A stretch of DNA of 64,000 nucleotides from the NCBI GenBank assembly GCA_027923505.1, contig BROI01000032.1, positions 1-64,000 on the forward strand, read 5' to 3'. The notes beneath the pieces were generated by a model that saw only the letters and a program-made list of their open reading frames with translations, searched no databases and was not told where the DNA came from. Position numbers and translations under genes: made by a program. Origin of the DNA: Mayamaea pseudoterrestris (taxonomy: Eukaryota). Position 1 is the stretch's first letter; every line of letters begins with the position of its first letter. Below are positions 51,001 to 63,081 of this stretch, piece by piece.

Positions 51001-54000
51001 CCCTGCAGCCACAAAGGGAGCAGGGCTGGCACATTCAACCAGTTGTTGAATGTGCTGAGTCTCAGGGCATAGTGATGGCTTCCACACCAAAAAAAACAAG
51101 TCTATGAGTCCCATGCACTGTTAAAGTCCATGTTTATTGTATTATGGGGTCTGGAGGCCATTTTGGAAGTCTCACTTGCCACTTGAGGTGCACCGCTGGC
51201 AGATCCAACAAGTTGTTGGATCTGCTCAGTTTCACCTTGGCGTACATGGTGATGGATACTGAGGTGCAACTGACCCACTTATGGCCCATCATGACAACAA
51301 ACATGATATGAAAGATATTGGAGGGCTCAGCAGGCAATGCTGGTGATCCCTGCAGCCAAAAAGGGAGCAGGGCTGGCACATTCAACCAGTTGTTGAATGT
51401 GCGGAGTCTCAGGGCATAGTGATGGCCTCCACACCCAAAAGAACAAGTCTATGAGTCCCATTCTCTGTTCAAGTCCATGTTTGTTGTATTATGGGGTTTG
51501 CAGGCCATTTTAGAAGTCTCACTTGCCACTTGAGGTGCACCACTGGCAGATCCAACAAGTTGTTGAATCTGCTCAGTCTCACCATGGTGTACATGGTGAT
51601 GGATACTATGGTGCAACTGACCCACTTATGGCCCATCATGACAATAGACATGATATGAAAGATATTGGAGGGCTCAGCAGGCAATGCTGATGATCTCTGC
51701 AGCCAAAAAGAGCAGGGCTGGCACATTCAACCAGTTGTTGAAAGTGCGGGGTTTCAGGGCACAGTGATGGCTTCCACACCCAAATGGACAAGTCTTTGAG
51801 TCCCATTCACTGTTAAAGTCCATGTTTGTTGTATTATGGGGTCTGCAGGCCATTTTGGAAGTCTCACTTGCCACTTGAGGTGCACCGCTGGCAGATCCAA
51901 CAAGTTGTTGGATCTGCTCAGTCTCACCATTGCACAGGTGGCAATGGATACTGAGGTGCAACTGACCCACTTATGGCCCATCATGACAACAAACATGATA
52001 TGAAAGATATGGGAGGGCTCACCAGGCAAGGCTGGTGATCCCTGCAGCCAAAAAGGGAGCTGTGCTGGCACATTCAACCAGTTAATGAATGTGCGGAGTT
52101 TCAGGGCATAGTGATGGTTCTACACCCCAAAGAACAAGTCCATGAGTCCCATTCACTGTTCCAGTCCATGTTTGTTGTATTATGGGGTCTGCAGGCCATT
52201 TTTAAAGTCTCACTTGCCACTTGAGGTGCATTGCTGGCAGATACAACAAGTTGTTGAATCTGCTCAGTCTCACCATGGCGTACATGGTGATGGATACTAT
52301 GGTGCAACTGACCCACTTGTGGCCCATCATGACAAAAAACAGGTTATGAAAGATATTGGGAGGGCTTAGCAGGCAATGCTGATGATTCCTGCAGCCAAAA
52401 AGGGAGCAGGGCTGGCACACATTCAACCAGTTGTTAAATGTGCCGAGTTTCAGGGCATAGTGATGGCTTCCACACCCCAAAGAACAAGTCTATGAGTCCC
52501 ATTCACTGTTCAAGTCCATGTTTGTTGTATTATGGGGTCTGCAGGCCAATTTGGAAGTCTCACTTGCCAATTGAGGTGCACCGCTGGCAGATACAACAAG
52601 TTGTTGAATCTGCTCAGTCTCACCATGGCGTACATGGTGATGGATACTATTGTGAAACTCACCCACCTATGGCCCATCATGACAACAAACATGATATGAA
52701 AGATATTGGAGGGCTCACCAGGCAATGCTGGTGATCCCTGCAGCCAAAAAGGGAGCAGGGCTGGCACATTCAACTAGTTGTTGAATGTGCGGAGTCTCAG
52801 GGCATAGTGATGGCTTCCACACCCCAAAGAACAAGTCTATGAGTCCCATTCACTGTTCCAGTCCATGTTTGTTGTATTATGGGGTTGCAGGCCATTTGGA
52901 AGTCTCACTTGCCACTTGAGGTGCACCGCTGGCAGATCCAACAAGTTGTTGAATCTGCTCAGTCTCACCATGGCGTACATGGTGATGGATACTATGGTGC
53001 AACTGACCCACTTATGGCCCATCATGACAACAAACATGATATGAAAGATATTGGAGGGCTCAGCAGGCAATGCTGGTGATCCCTGCAGCCAAAAAGGGAG
53101 CAGGGCTGGCACATTCTACCAGTTGTTGAATGTGCGGAGTCTCAGGGCATAGTGATGGCTTCCACACCCCAAAGAACAAGTCTATGAGTCCCATTCACTG
53201 TTCCAGTCCATGTTGGTTGTATAGTGGGGTCTGCAGGCCATTTTGGAAGTCTCACTTGCCACTTGAGGTGCATTGCTACCAGATCCAACAAGTTGTTGAA
53301 TCTGCTCAGTCTCACCATGGCGTACATGGTGATAGATACTATGGTGCAACTGACCCACTTATGGCCCATCATGACAACAAACATGATATGAAAGATATTG
53401 GAGGGCTCAGCAGGCAATGCTGGTGATCCCTGCAGCCAAAAAGGGAGCAGGGCTGGCACATTTAACCAGTTGTTGAATGTGCGGAGTCTCAGGGCATAGT
53501 GATGGCTTCCACACCCCAAAGAACAAGTATATGAGTCCCATTCACTGTTCCAGTCCATGTTTGTTGTATTTTTGGGTATGCAGGCCATTTTGGAAGTCTC
53601 ACTTGCCACTTGAGGTGCATTGCTAGCAGATCCAACAAGTTGTTGAATCTGCTCAGTCTCACCATGGCATACATGGTGATGGATACTATGGTGCAACTGA
53701 CCAACCTATGGCCCATCATGACAATAACAATGATATGAAAGATATGGGAGGGCTCATCAGGCAATGCTGGTGATCCCTGCAGCCAAAAAGGGAGCAGGGT
53801 TGGCACATTCAACCAGTTGTTGAATGTGCCGATTCTTAGGGCATAGTGATGGCTTCCACACCCCAAAGAACAAGTCTATGAGTCCCATTCACTGTTTCAG
53901 TCCATGTTTGTTGTATTGTTGGATTGTTGGGTCTGCAGGCCATTTTGAAAGTCTCACTTGCCACTTGAGGTGCACCGCTGGCAGATTTAACAAGTTGTTG

Positions 54001-54406
54001 GATCTGCTCAGTCTCACCATTGCACAGGTGGCAATAGATACTGAGGTGCAACTGACCAACCTATGGCCCATCATGACAATAAACATGATATGAAAGATAT
54101 TGGAGGGCTCAGCAGGCAATGCTGATGATCTCTGCAGCCAAAAAGGGAGCAGGGCTGGCACATTCAACCAGTTGTTCAATGTGCAGAGTCTAAGGGCATA
54201 GTGATGGCTTCCACACCCAAATGGACAAGTCTTTGAGTCCCATTCACTGTTCAAGTCCATGTTTGTTGTATGGTGGGGTGTGGAGGCCATTTTGGAAGTC
54301 TCACTTGCCACTTGAGGTGCACCGCTGGCAGATTCAATTAGTTGTTTAATCTGCTCAGTCTCACAATGGCATATATGGTGATGGATGCTGAGGTGAAACT
54401 GACCAA
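48094..54406. repeat. Tandem satellite array, about 347 bp monomer, about 18 copies
   Basis: Landmark cacttgaggtgc (or a close variant) recurs 19 times at about 347 bp spacing; copies differ by substitutions and small indels. Confidence 0.97.
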
Positions 54407-55152
54407 GTTGTAGTATCTTGCGCAAATGGGAGACAAACGCCACTAACAATCACGACTGGGTCCAATGGGTGGACTGGATGGGCTGTGGCAAATGCACATG
54501 CACTCTGAATTTAAATGACCTTTTGTGGTGGAGAGAGCCAAGTGATGCAGTAATGAAAGCATGTAGTTAGAGCAGCAGTTGAATGCACCCGGCGTCGCAA
54601 ATGCCAAGATCCCGAATTGGCGTCACGGGATTCGTGACGCGCCGCGCCAGCGCGCGCACAAGTTGGAATAGCCAAGCTAATGTCCCAGGAAAGAGCCACC
54701 GCATAATGACACCAAAAATGACCTCAATCGTGGTTCTAGGTGGCGAAACTAATGTTAGGCCGCTTGTATGATCATTGAGGCCTTGACATGAGCCACCATA
54801 TAGAGCGAAGCGGAGATGTAGAGTAATCGTACAGGTAAGTAAGTTATACGCGATAAGAAGTAATTCTAGATGTAGAATATTATATAGTGAAAGCAAACCA
54901 CGTCGTCGAACTTTGTGATTTGTAAAAACAAAATGACAAAGGCAAGACGAGTGGTATACATTTTGTGGAGTTGCAATTGTATAACTGAAAAGCATGTAGG
55001 GGGCTCAAAATAGCGATGCGCGTACTGTTACGAGTCTGTACAGACAGCATCGACTTCTTCTGGAAAGTTGCCTTCCAAGCTGATAGCTTGAACACACTTT
55101 TCAGCATCATAACTCGTCAAGAGCTGTGAACGTAATCGACAACTAGAAGTTT

Positions 55153-55878
55153 TTAATCATCGTAGGACGGCCGCCGAATATGCCCCTTGTCCCCCTTTTG
55201 CCAAACAGCCTGCCGTCTTGTCGGTTTGATGCGCTTGTCCAGCAATCCCGAAGTAGGTGCTGCTACCCGGAGCTCGAGCTGCTGCAACTCATCTCGACCA
55301 AGGGCTGGCATGAACTCAAGAACGCGTTCGCGGCGCTCGTCGGTTGAAAGGTACTTGGCCAGCTTGTTCGATGGCAGCCACAGGGAGCAATCCCCATCGT
55401 CGATGCTTTCATTAATGTTGTTTACATCATTATAGTCAACGACTTGAGTTTCCGTATGGGACCAATCCAGCGTGAGCGCGCATGGACCATGGCAGCTTGG
55501 ATTATCGCCAATCGTGACGGCGTATTCCCTTTGCTCCACTGCGTCGGCAAAGCGGATCCGTTGGCGCAAATGCTTGTTCTCTGGCACTGGAAACTGCGGA
55601 ACGTAAAGCCATGTGCCGGAAGATTCTGGATCAAAAGCAGAACAAAGGCTTGCTTCGTCGGGACAAGAACGCTTATCGTATGCAGTCTCTAGTGCCTTTT
55701 CGTCGTCGCTACTCATTGTCAAGGCCAGCTCGTCACCTCCAAAGCAAGGCATGGAGATGGAAGGTCGTCGCTTTGGTACCTTGAGCAACAAAACTTCTCG
55801 ATCACTCTTCTCCCAACGGTCGCAAGAATTGAGCAATGTGTTCAAGCTAGTGGTGCTGCCATCGAATGATCGATTCAT
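55153..55878 (-). CDS. Hypothetical protein with an RIRF..V..REY..TIGDNP..G..LTLDW motif
   Basis: ATG ORF of 241 aa; motif typical of an expanded diatom hypothetical family; also contains VPKRRPS. Confidence 0.7.
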   Translation of the reverse strand: MNRSFDGSTTSLNTLLNSCDRWEKSDREVLLLKVPKRRPSISMPCFGGDELALTMSSDDEKALETAYDKRSCPDEASLCSAFDPESSGTWLYVPQFPVPENKHLRQRIRFADAVEQREYAVTIGDNPSCHGPCALTLDWSHTETQVVDYNDVNNINESIDDGDCSLWLPSNKLAKYLSTDERRERVLEFMPALGRDELQQLELRVAAPTSGLLDKRIKPTRRQAVWQKGDKGHIRRPSYDD

Positions 55879-56671
55879 GGTTGGCCAGTGCGTTTGAGCA
55901 AGTTTGAGCTGTGGGCATGTAGAGCTAATGATTGTATGACAATATTGAGATCACAGTTGCACAGATGTCGTAGAGTATGAGGAAACCGAGGTGCTGGCGT
56001 GCTTCTTCTGTGGCTTCGTCCGAGGGCAGTCGAGCTTTCGGCCTGACCAGATCTGAGTCTCCAAAGCGGTTTTTACTCGGGCTATCGAAGCCGAAGGAAG
56101 TGCCTACGCCACGTGCTGAATCGTTGTTCGTTCCGACAGTCACTCAGAAGTTGATTCGATTGACAGTCGGCATATGTAATATCTTGTTCCACGGTGAGCC
56201 TATTTCTTCCATCGCGACCCAGCCCCAAGCGTGCTGAATAAAAGATTTTCCGTGTTGATGACTCATTCGCTTCCACCTCCTGCTTCGACTTATCGACCAC
56301 CTGCGACCAAGACTAGTTTATTTGCGCCCCAAGGTCGCGGTTACATGTGGCAAGCAGTGTCAATGCTTTTGATATGGACGTATTGTTCCGAAGAAACGAC
56401 AATGAATGCTGGTCGTCAATGCCAGTTGAGATTGATTCACCGCGACCACCTTTGGTCGTCCTGCGACCCGAATCACTTCTGCGCTTCGATGATGCTTTTC
56501 AAAGTGACTGATGAGTCATTTCATGAAATGCAGCTGATGCACGAGCACAAATATTGATGACGTCATTGATGAATGGCGCGTGACTCGTGACTCGTGAAAC
56601 TGCATCTCATCCATTGCGACGCTACGAGCGTCTCGCCTTTCGTCCATTCGCTCATTCGCTCAAAAGAAGCA

Positions 56672-59600
56672 ATGAAGGGCCCGACGAGTTGCCATCAAGA
56701 CCATGGTGACATGTACTTGGGCACAAGCAGCAGCATGTTTATCAAGCTTCTCGTCTGTTACGTGCTTTGTGGCGCCATTCACGAACTGACGCATGTAGCG
56801 ACAGCAACCATTTTCCACGGGTGGAGCCTCGTCATTCCATCCAACGATATTTCCTTTTGGTGTCACGTTTTGCTTGGCCGACAGACGCGACTCTTGCAAG
56901 ATGAAGATTTACATTATCTGGTTCGACATGCAGGATGGATGATGAGTGTGTTGCTTGCCTTGTTTCTCATGAATCATTGTCGGACCTCGGCATTATCCGG
57001 CATGATGCGAATCGCATCTGCCTTGACGGCTCTCGAGGCCATTTCCACCGACTTGCTTGGTTTCCCAACTATTCCATTTGCTCCGATTGGTACCAATACT
57101 TTACTTTGCGGTAATTTCGGCATTATTGTCTTGCACCAAGCCTGGTTAGCGCACAATGGAAAGGCCGCCTTGGACGTGCTGGAAAAGATGATTGAAGTCA
57201 CCATGATGCGAGGCGCGCAGTCGGGCGGAGTTGTAACGCTTGACAAGGACGGCCGCTTCACGAGGACTCGCGTTGTGAACCAGAAACGAACTGCACTGAG
57301 TCGCAAACTCCGAAAGAAATTGGAGGCAAACGTTAACTTTGCCAATCTACCAATCACTGGAACGGCCTTGAGCGGACACACGCGATTTGCTACAAGCTCC
57401 AAGGCAACCATGGATGGAACGCACCCGCAGCAATGGTCCCCCAAGACGATGCGCAAGATATTTATTGAGAATGAAAGTGGAGGTAGCTTTGTCGATACTT
57501 TGGTCGAGAATTTCGTCACGCACAATGGCGATTTTGAATTCTATACTCTTGGAGGGAAAACCTGCGATTTGCACATTGTGCAGCAGTTTCTGAGTCATGT
57601 TACAGAGGTTCAGACGCCCGCGGTGGTTGATTCGTGCGCCGTTGCGGGTATGCTGGACGTTTTACGTACAAAGGGGTGCTTTGGGCTGTCGATTCGCGGC
57701 GTCTTGGCCTTGAACATGCCGAATAGTGCTATGACAATCACCAGCTTTCCCACCTACAAGCAACTCGATGCGATTGCCTCTGTCTTTGAGCACGTACTAC
57801 TAGAAATGTTAAAAACAACGTTGTTTCAGCGTCTTGAAGAGGAGAAAGGTTTGCGACACTCGTACGCGCTTCGGGTTGTTTCCAAACTAAAAGTTCGCTA
57901 CGACGAACTCTTTGGGAATCAAGGGATCGACAAGTACGTTACATCTATTGACGACGAAGAGCAAAGCGACTCGCTGCTTACTTTTGCGTTAAAGGTAATG
58001 AATTCCTTTCTTGACGGGGACTTGTTTTTCGCCATGAAGACGTTTCTGCATCACGCCAAGGGATCTTTTGGGCTTTGTTTTACGTCGTCGCTGGATGCCA
58101 AACACCAAGTCTGCCTAGCCGCTCGTGGACAAACCATGTCAGTGGCATTTTACCCTTCCAAAGGACTTATCTGTTACGGTTCTGAGCAAGCAGCCGTCAA
58201 AGCTGGCATGTCATTTGACTTTCCTGGTCGAACGGCCGACAGTTTAGGTCGATCGCGAGGAGAAATTGACAATGAAGCACTGCGACTAGATTTGGATGAC
58301 CTTGGCGGCGAAGTTATACTACTGGATTGGAGCAAACCCAAAGCGGCTCATCCTGTATCGTTTCCAAGTCGCAATTTGGAGGTGTACGAGCTAATGAATG
58401 GCGCAGTTTCGGCTGTGATATACCAGGAGAGCAAAGGCTCAACGACCAATAAGATTTTGTACCACCGACTCACGCGACTATCTAATAATCCTTTCATTCG
58501 GCCATTGGAGGAAGAGCCCAAAGATCTCATTCTGGATGACATTATGGACATTCCAAATGCTTTGCAAACTATCCAAGATGACTTTGGGGTTGAAAAGGCA
58601 TCCTCGAGTCTTAATCGTTTGACTGCATTTCACCTTTCGCGCTGCCTTCGCAAGAGATTGGAAGCGCGCATTGCTGGAACGCTGCCCACGCAGTCTATCG
58701 ATATTTTGTTGACAGGATGTGAAGTCTCATTGTGGGTGGCGGAGCAATTTGCGAGTGACCTTAAAAATTCTTTTCCTGGATTAATAATCCATGCGATCAG
58801 CAGCAACAAAATCTTAGGGTCCTTTGGACAGGAGATCGCTATACCGGCCACTGGATTTCCGTACTCGCGGAAAACATATTCATTACATGATTCGATTGTT
58901 ATCATTGTGAGCCACAGGTACGAACAATAACGCGCGACGCCGTTGCTTGAAACTCATTGCGTTAAGTATCTCATGTCGTTGCTCGATATTCATGATGATT
59001 ATGAGATTAGTGGCGGTACCTTTGCTCCCTTAGCCTGCTCCAATCTACTGCAAAGTGCGACCAGGAACCTGTTTGTAGTTACCTCGGAATGGGACACGCA
59101 AATTTCGAAACAGCTTCGTGCGATGGACGCTATGGACGGGAAGATCGCCCAGCTGTGCGCGAGTCGAATATTTTCCACTGAAGTGGGGATGCGTCCGGCG
59201 GAACCATGCTCCATCTCAGTCGCAGCTACGCATCAATTACTGACTAACTTGCTTCAGTATTTAGCCGTCGTCATTCTCAGCGAAGAGCGATTTCGCAAAT
59301 TTACGCAAGCCATAATCACAGAATATGACATTCAGATTCTTGAGAAGTGTAACCAAATGAATATCCAGGCCCTAGAAGACATTGTTGGGGCGGATCGCTT
59401 CCAGCAGTCGATGGATTACGAAGAGGATCGAGCTGAACTAGCGCTGCGCATCGTTGGCGACCTGTGGGCTAATCACATACTTGAAAATGCAAAGGCATAC
59501 ATCATGTCTTTCATATACATTTTCGCTACCGTCATTAGCGGGTATCCATTGTTTTTTGGTATTGCAGTGGCTGCTGGTTTAGATAGGACGAGTCGGTTCG

Positions 59601-61290
59601 CATTTTTAAGTAAGTTTTGTTCTGCTATCGCAAACGTTTGTTAGGATACGACACTAATTGCATTTGCTTTTTGGAAATTCAAAGTCCGAGTTCTTGATGC
59701 GGCGACCTACTTTTGGATACCTCAGATCAACATCACGATTATTCGGTTGGTAGAAGGACGCAATGTGCGACACCGAATGGTCGGACGTACCGTAGTAATA
59801 GGTGACATTCCTTGGGTTGCGCAGAGTGCCGAGGCATTTCTCAGCAAGGCAAGTACAAAAAGCAAATTAAAAATGAGACAGTGCTTTCAACTCACATCGC
59901 CTTCTCTCGATAGATATTTGCCGTCTCGTACTCGATCGCTGGACTTAACGTCCACAGCGGAAATCCTACCGACCATTTTGTTCATCGCCACACTCATCGT
60001 GTCGTACGAGGATCGCTGGTTGTTTGCGGACGACCTGACGGACGACTGTCGGCTCTGTCGACGGCTGAAGCTGCTGTTTGCCTATCTGTTAATCAAGCCA
60101 GCAGCATTCAGAGTTTAGGTGGCACCTGCGAAAGCATCACTATTGGCCATAATCCTTTCACGCTTCCATTGACTGAGGCAGCCATTTTCTTGAAACGAAA
60201 ACGTCCCCTCTTCTTGTGCGAGCGCATGCTCATTGAAGGTGATGCTAAGGCGGAGAAAACAGCAGAGTCGTCGACGTCGGGAGAGTCTCGCTCTCAGCCA
60301 CTTGAACGAGGATTTTTCGCGGCAGTAAGGCGGCTTTTGCGCGGCAAGAAGTCTTCTGACGTTTTAAACAGATCCCTATCAAAGAGCATGCATGATCCAA
60401 GCATCCGCCCTCGTGTGCACAAGTATCGATCTGCTGCGGCCCTCATTGGCGCGTACACGAGTCCTGTTGAAGGTGATGAAGAAAAGACAGCTGAAGATTT
60501 ATCCGAAGAAAAGGGAGAAGAAGAATTATTGCTCGACCTTGTCGTCGAAGAGGCCATTTTGGAAAAGAAGTTTGGGGACAAGACTCGCAAGCTGTTCGCA
60601 GCTTTTGAAGTGGACAAGGATGGTTTACTGAAGGAAGATGAGTTTGTTGATGGTGCACGAAAGCTGAACACTGACATGAACGAGGAGGAATTGAGGGCTT
60701 TGTTTCGATTATATGACGCAGATGGCGTGGGTGTGGATTATCATGAGTTCCTCGATCTGATCAAGAGCTCTCGAATTGAATCTGATTTGAAGCTTCCGCC
60801 GAGCAATAGGGACGCACGTGGGGTTATTAAAATCGAGCCAAGTCGAGAAAAATACTTTGGAGAAATCGTCCGAAAACTCAACATGGGCGCGGGCGACCTT
60901 GACTTTCGTGCTGCAAGGAATCAGCACTTTGCGCAGGAATTGTACGAATCTCGAATCGCTTCGCTGCAGCGATTTGTGGCCATGACGGTCATGTTCCACC
61001 AAATTGGGAAGCGAGTTGAGCGATTCTTTGCCAAAATAAGTTTTGGTCTCTTGGCATACCGGATGGATCGCACGCACAGCATTATGCGCATTGCTACAAC
61101 TGCATCCCCCGTCAGTGGAGCTGATGTCAAGCAGCAGATGCGTCACTTGCAGCTGCTGAAGAGAATTCAGCATTCGGTCCATGTTATTTCGGTAGCGTAT
61201 GCGAACTACAAGTCTAGGAAAGAGCTACCAAAGCCTCACAGCACCGAGCAGGACTTTGTGGCGCGCGAAGAAGTAAAAACTGCTGGTTAA
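56672..61290 (+). CDS. Multidomain protein: N-terminal HExxH membrane domain, class II (Ntn) glutamine amidotransferase-like domain, SIS-like domain(s), TM segment, EF-hands; exons 56672-58917, 59011-59609, 59685-59848, 59914-61290
   Basis: Motifs CGNFG, MRGAQSGG, GHTRFAT, HP, THNGDF. SIS-like TGCEVS and IIVSHSGGT (across intron 1). EF-hand-like EVDKDGLLKEDEF and DADGVGVDYHEF. Introns of 93, 75 and 65 bp restore one frame. Confidence 0.8.
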
Positions 61291-61533
61291 AGCACAGCCA
61301 GGTTACACAAAGGTTGGGATTGGGAGTTTTGCCAGTCAATCGCTTGGCTGCTACAAGTGCAAGCTCAGATATATGATCAACTATAAACACACTAACTGAT
61401 AATTGATTAGTATTGGAACATGGATGACACATTATTGTTTTTTAAGCGAGAAAGAGCATAGCTAAAGCTACTGACGTCATCGATCCTTGGTCACGCATCG
61501 ATCCGTTTCCCACTCACTTTTTCGTTCGCCACC

Positions 61534-62700
61534 ATGAGACTTCCCTGGATCGTCGCGGCTCTAGCAGTGCCTCCACCACCGGAGCAGCATGTAATAACAA
61601 CTTTTCGTACGTCGTCTGACATGCAAGCAGCAACGAATGTACACTCGCTGCACCAGGCATCTTCAGTTTGGCTCGCCGCATCAACACCCGCCTCGCCACC
61701 CTCCAAGGACGATGTCATTTTGCTGCGACAAGCATTCGCCGAGTTCTATGGCGTCGATCGCGATCTTGCCAAAAGTGAACAGCTTCTCAGTGATGCTATC
61801 GGCCGATGGCAGAACCAACCTCCGGATGAGCTTGCCGGCCTCTACCGAGTGAGAGGTGATTGCTACATGCTACAAGCAGATGCATTGAAAGCAGCAAGCG
61901 ACTACGATCAAGCCGTCAAGTTACTACAAGAACCTGGTGGAGACAAGGCTGATCCATCGGAGCTACAAGCATCGCTACTGGGAAGGGCGCGTGCCGTTCG
62001 GTCACAGCGTGGTATCAGCGCTTTTCAAGCAAAGCAAAGCGCCAATGATTACAAACTGGCTCTGCAATTATCTAGTCGAGAAGAATGGGAAACAGAGCAG
62101 GAGCTTATTGAAGATGGGGCTACCAGAAACCCGTACGCTGCATGGGAATGGGGAAGCATGCTGCGTCAATCGGGTCAGCTAAAGGAGGCAGCAACCGCGC
62201 ACCTTTTGGCGTCACAGGCGTTTGACGAGGTGGGAGATAAAGCTCGCTCAGTCATGAGTCTCATTGATGCCGGCGTTGACCTCGCTGCTGCTGAGCAAAT
62301 AGATGAAGCCGAGTCTTTGTTGGAGAAGGCTGTGCAAAAGACAAAAGGTGTTGAAGGCCGTGACACGGCGTTGTTGCAGCGCGTCATTGCCAAGGAAGGC
62401 GAAGGTCGCATGGCATTGGCAGCCACATTGTGGAACGATGGCAATCGAGCAAAAGCAGAACAGATACTAGGTGATGCATGCATTCGCATGGAGCAGCTCC
62501 AGGCCGATGCTGCTCGACGTGTTCCTGCCAAAAGTGACGATGTTGCAGCGCCCAAGGCACTGGCGTATAGCATTGATGACTCGATTCGACCACTGGAATA
62601 TTCATGTCCCAGGTTTAAGAATGAGGCCTTTCTCTCCGAGCAGCTTGGATGGCCCGAGAGCTTGCAAAAGAAGGTGCGAAAACTACAACTACTCCAATAG
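61534..62700 (+). CDS. TPR-like helical repeat protein (388 aa), possibly organelle-targeted
   Basis: TPR-like segments AGLYRVRGDCY..AASDYDQAVKL, SLLGRARA..ANDYKLALQL, NPYAAWEWGSMLRQSGQLKEA. Confidence 0.7.
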   Translation: MRLPWIVAALAVPPPPEQHVITTFRTSSDMQAATNVHSLHQASSVWLAASTPASPPSKDDVILLRQAFAEFYGVDRDLAKSEQLLSDAIGRWQNQPPDELAGLYRVRGDCYMLQADALKAASDYDQAVKLLQEPGGDKADPSELQASLLGRARAVRSQRGISAFQAKQSANDYKLALQLSSREEWETEQELIEDGATRNPYAAWEWGSMLRQSGQLKEAATAHLLASQAFDEVGDKARSVMSLIDAGVDLAAAEQIDEAESLLEKAVQKTKGVEGRDTALLQRVIAKEGEGRMALAATLWNDGNRAKAEQILGDACIRMEQLQADAARRVPAKSDDVAAPKALAYSIDDSIRPLEYSCPRFKNEAFLSEQLGWPESLQKKVRKLQLLQ

Positions 62701-63081
62701 CGGCCGATTGAGCATTACAAATTTTCGTGCACGCTAGTAGATAGAGCCAAGATAGATCAATCTTGTTTACAGCATATTCTTACTATTCGTGCATTCATGG
62801 ATATTGCGCGAAGATGAGATGCGGCAAGCATTCATGCCTTTGTTGCGCTGCGGCTCAGCATGTGAGCATGTTGCGCAGTTTTAGTTGATAGTGATTCTTG
62901 CCGACTGGTTTCGGCACTGCTGGTAATTTTAGTTTCAGGAAGCTGCCTACTATGGACATAAACAACTACTCCTAGCATAATTAAGAATTTATGAATTACA
63001 TTCACCTTCCCATTAGCATCATACTGTGATGAACTGCAATCAAGAGAGCCAAGCCAAGCTTGACATAATATAGTCACTTCG

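Noticed and set aside
48094..54406. CRISPR array or repetitive protein gene
   Set aside because: There are no unique spacers (the whole unit repeats) and no cas genes. The unit is mostly 347 bp, not a multiple of 3, with stops in all frames; the ankyrin-like look of HHHVRHGETEQIQQLV is not sustained.
56510..56600. bZIP-type sites (TGAGTCA, TGACGTCA) upstream of the amidotransferase-like gene
   Set aside because: Short motifs that can occur by chance; no independent support.
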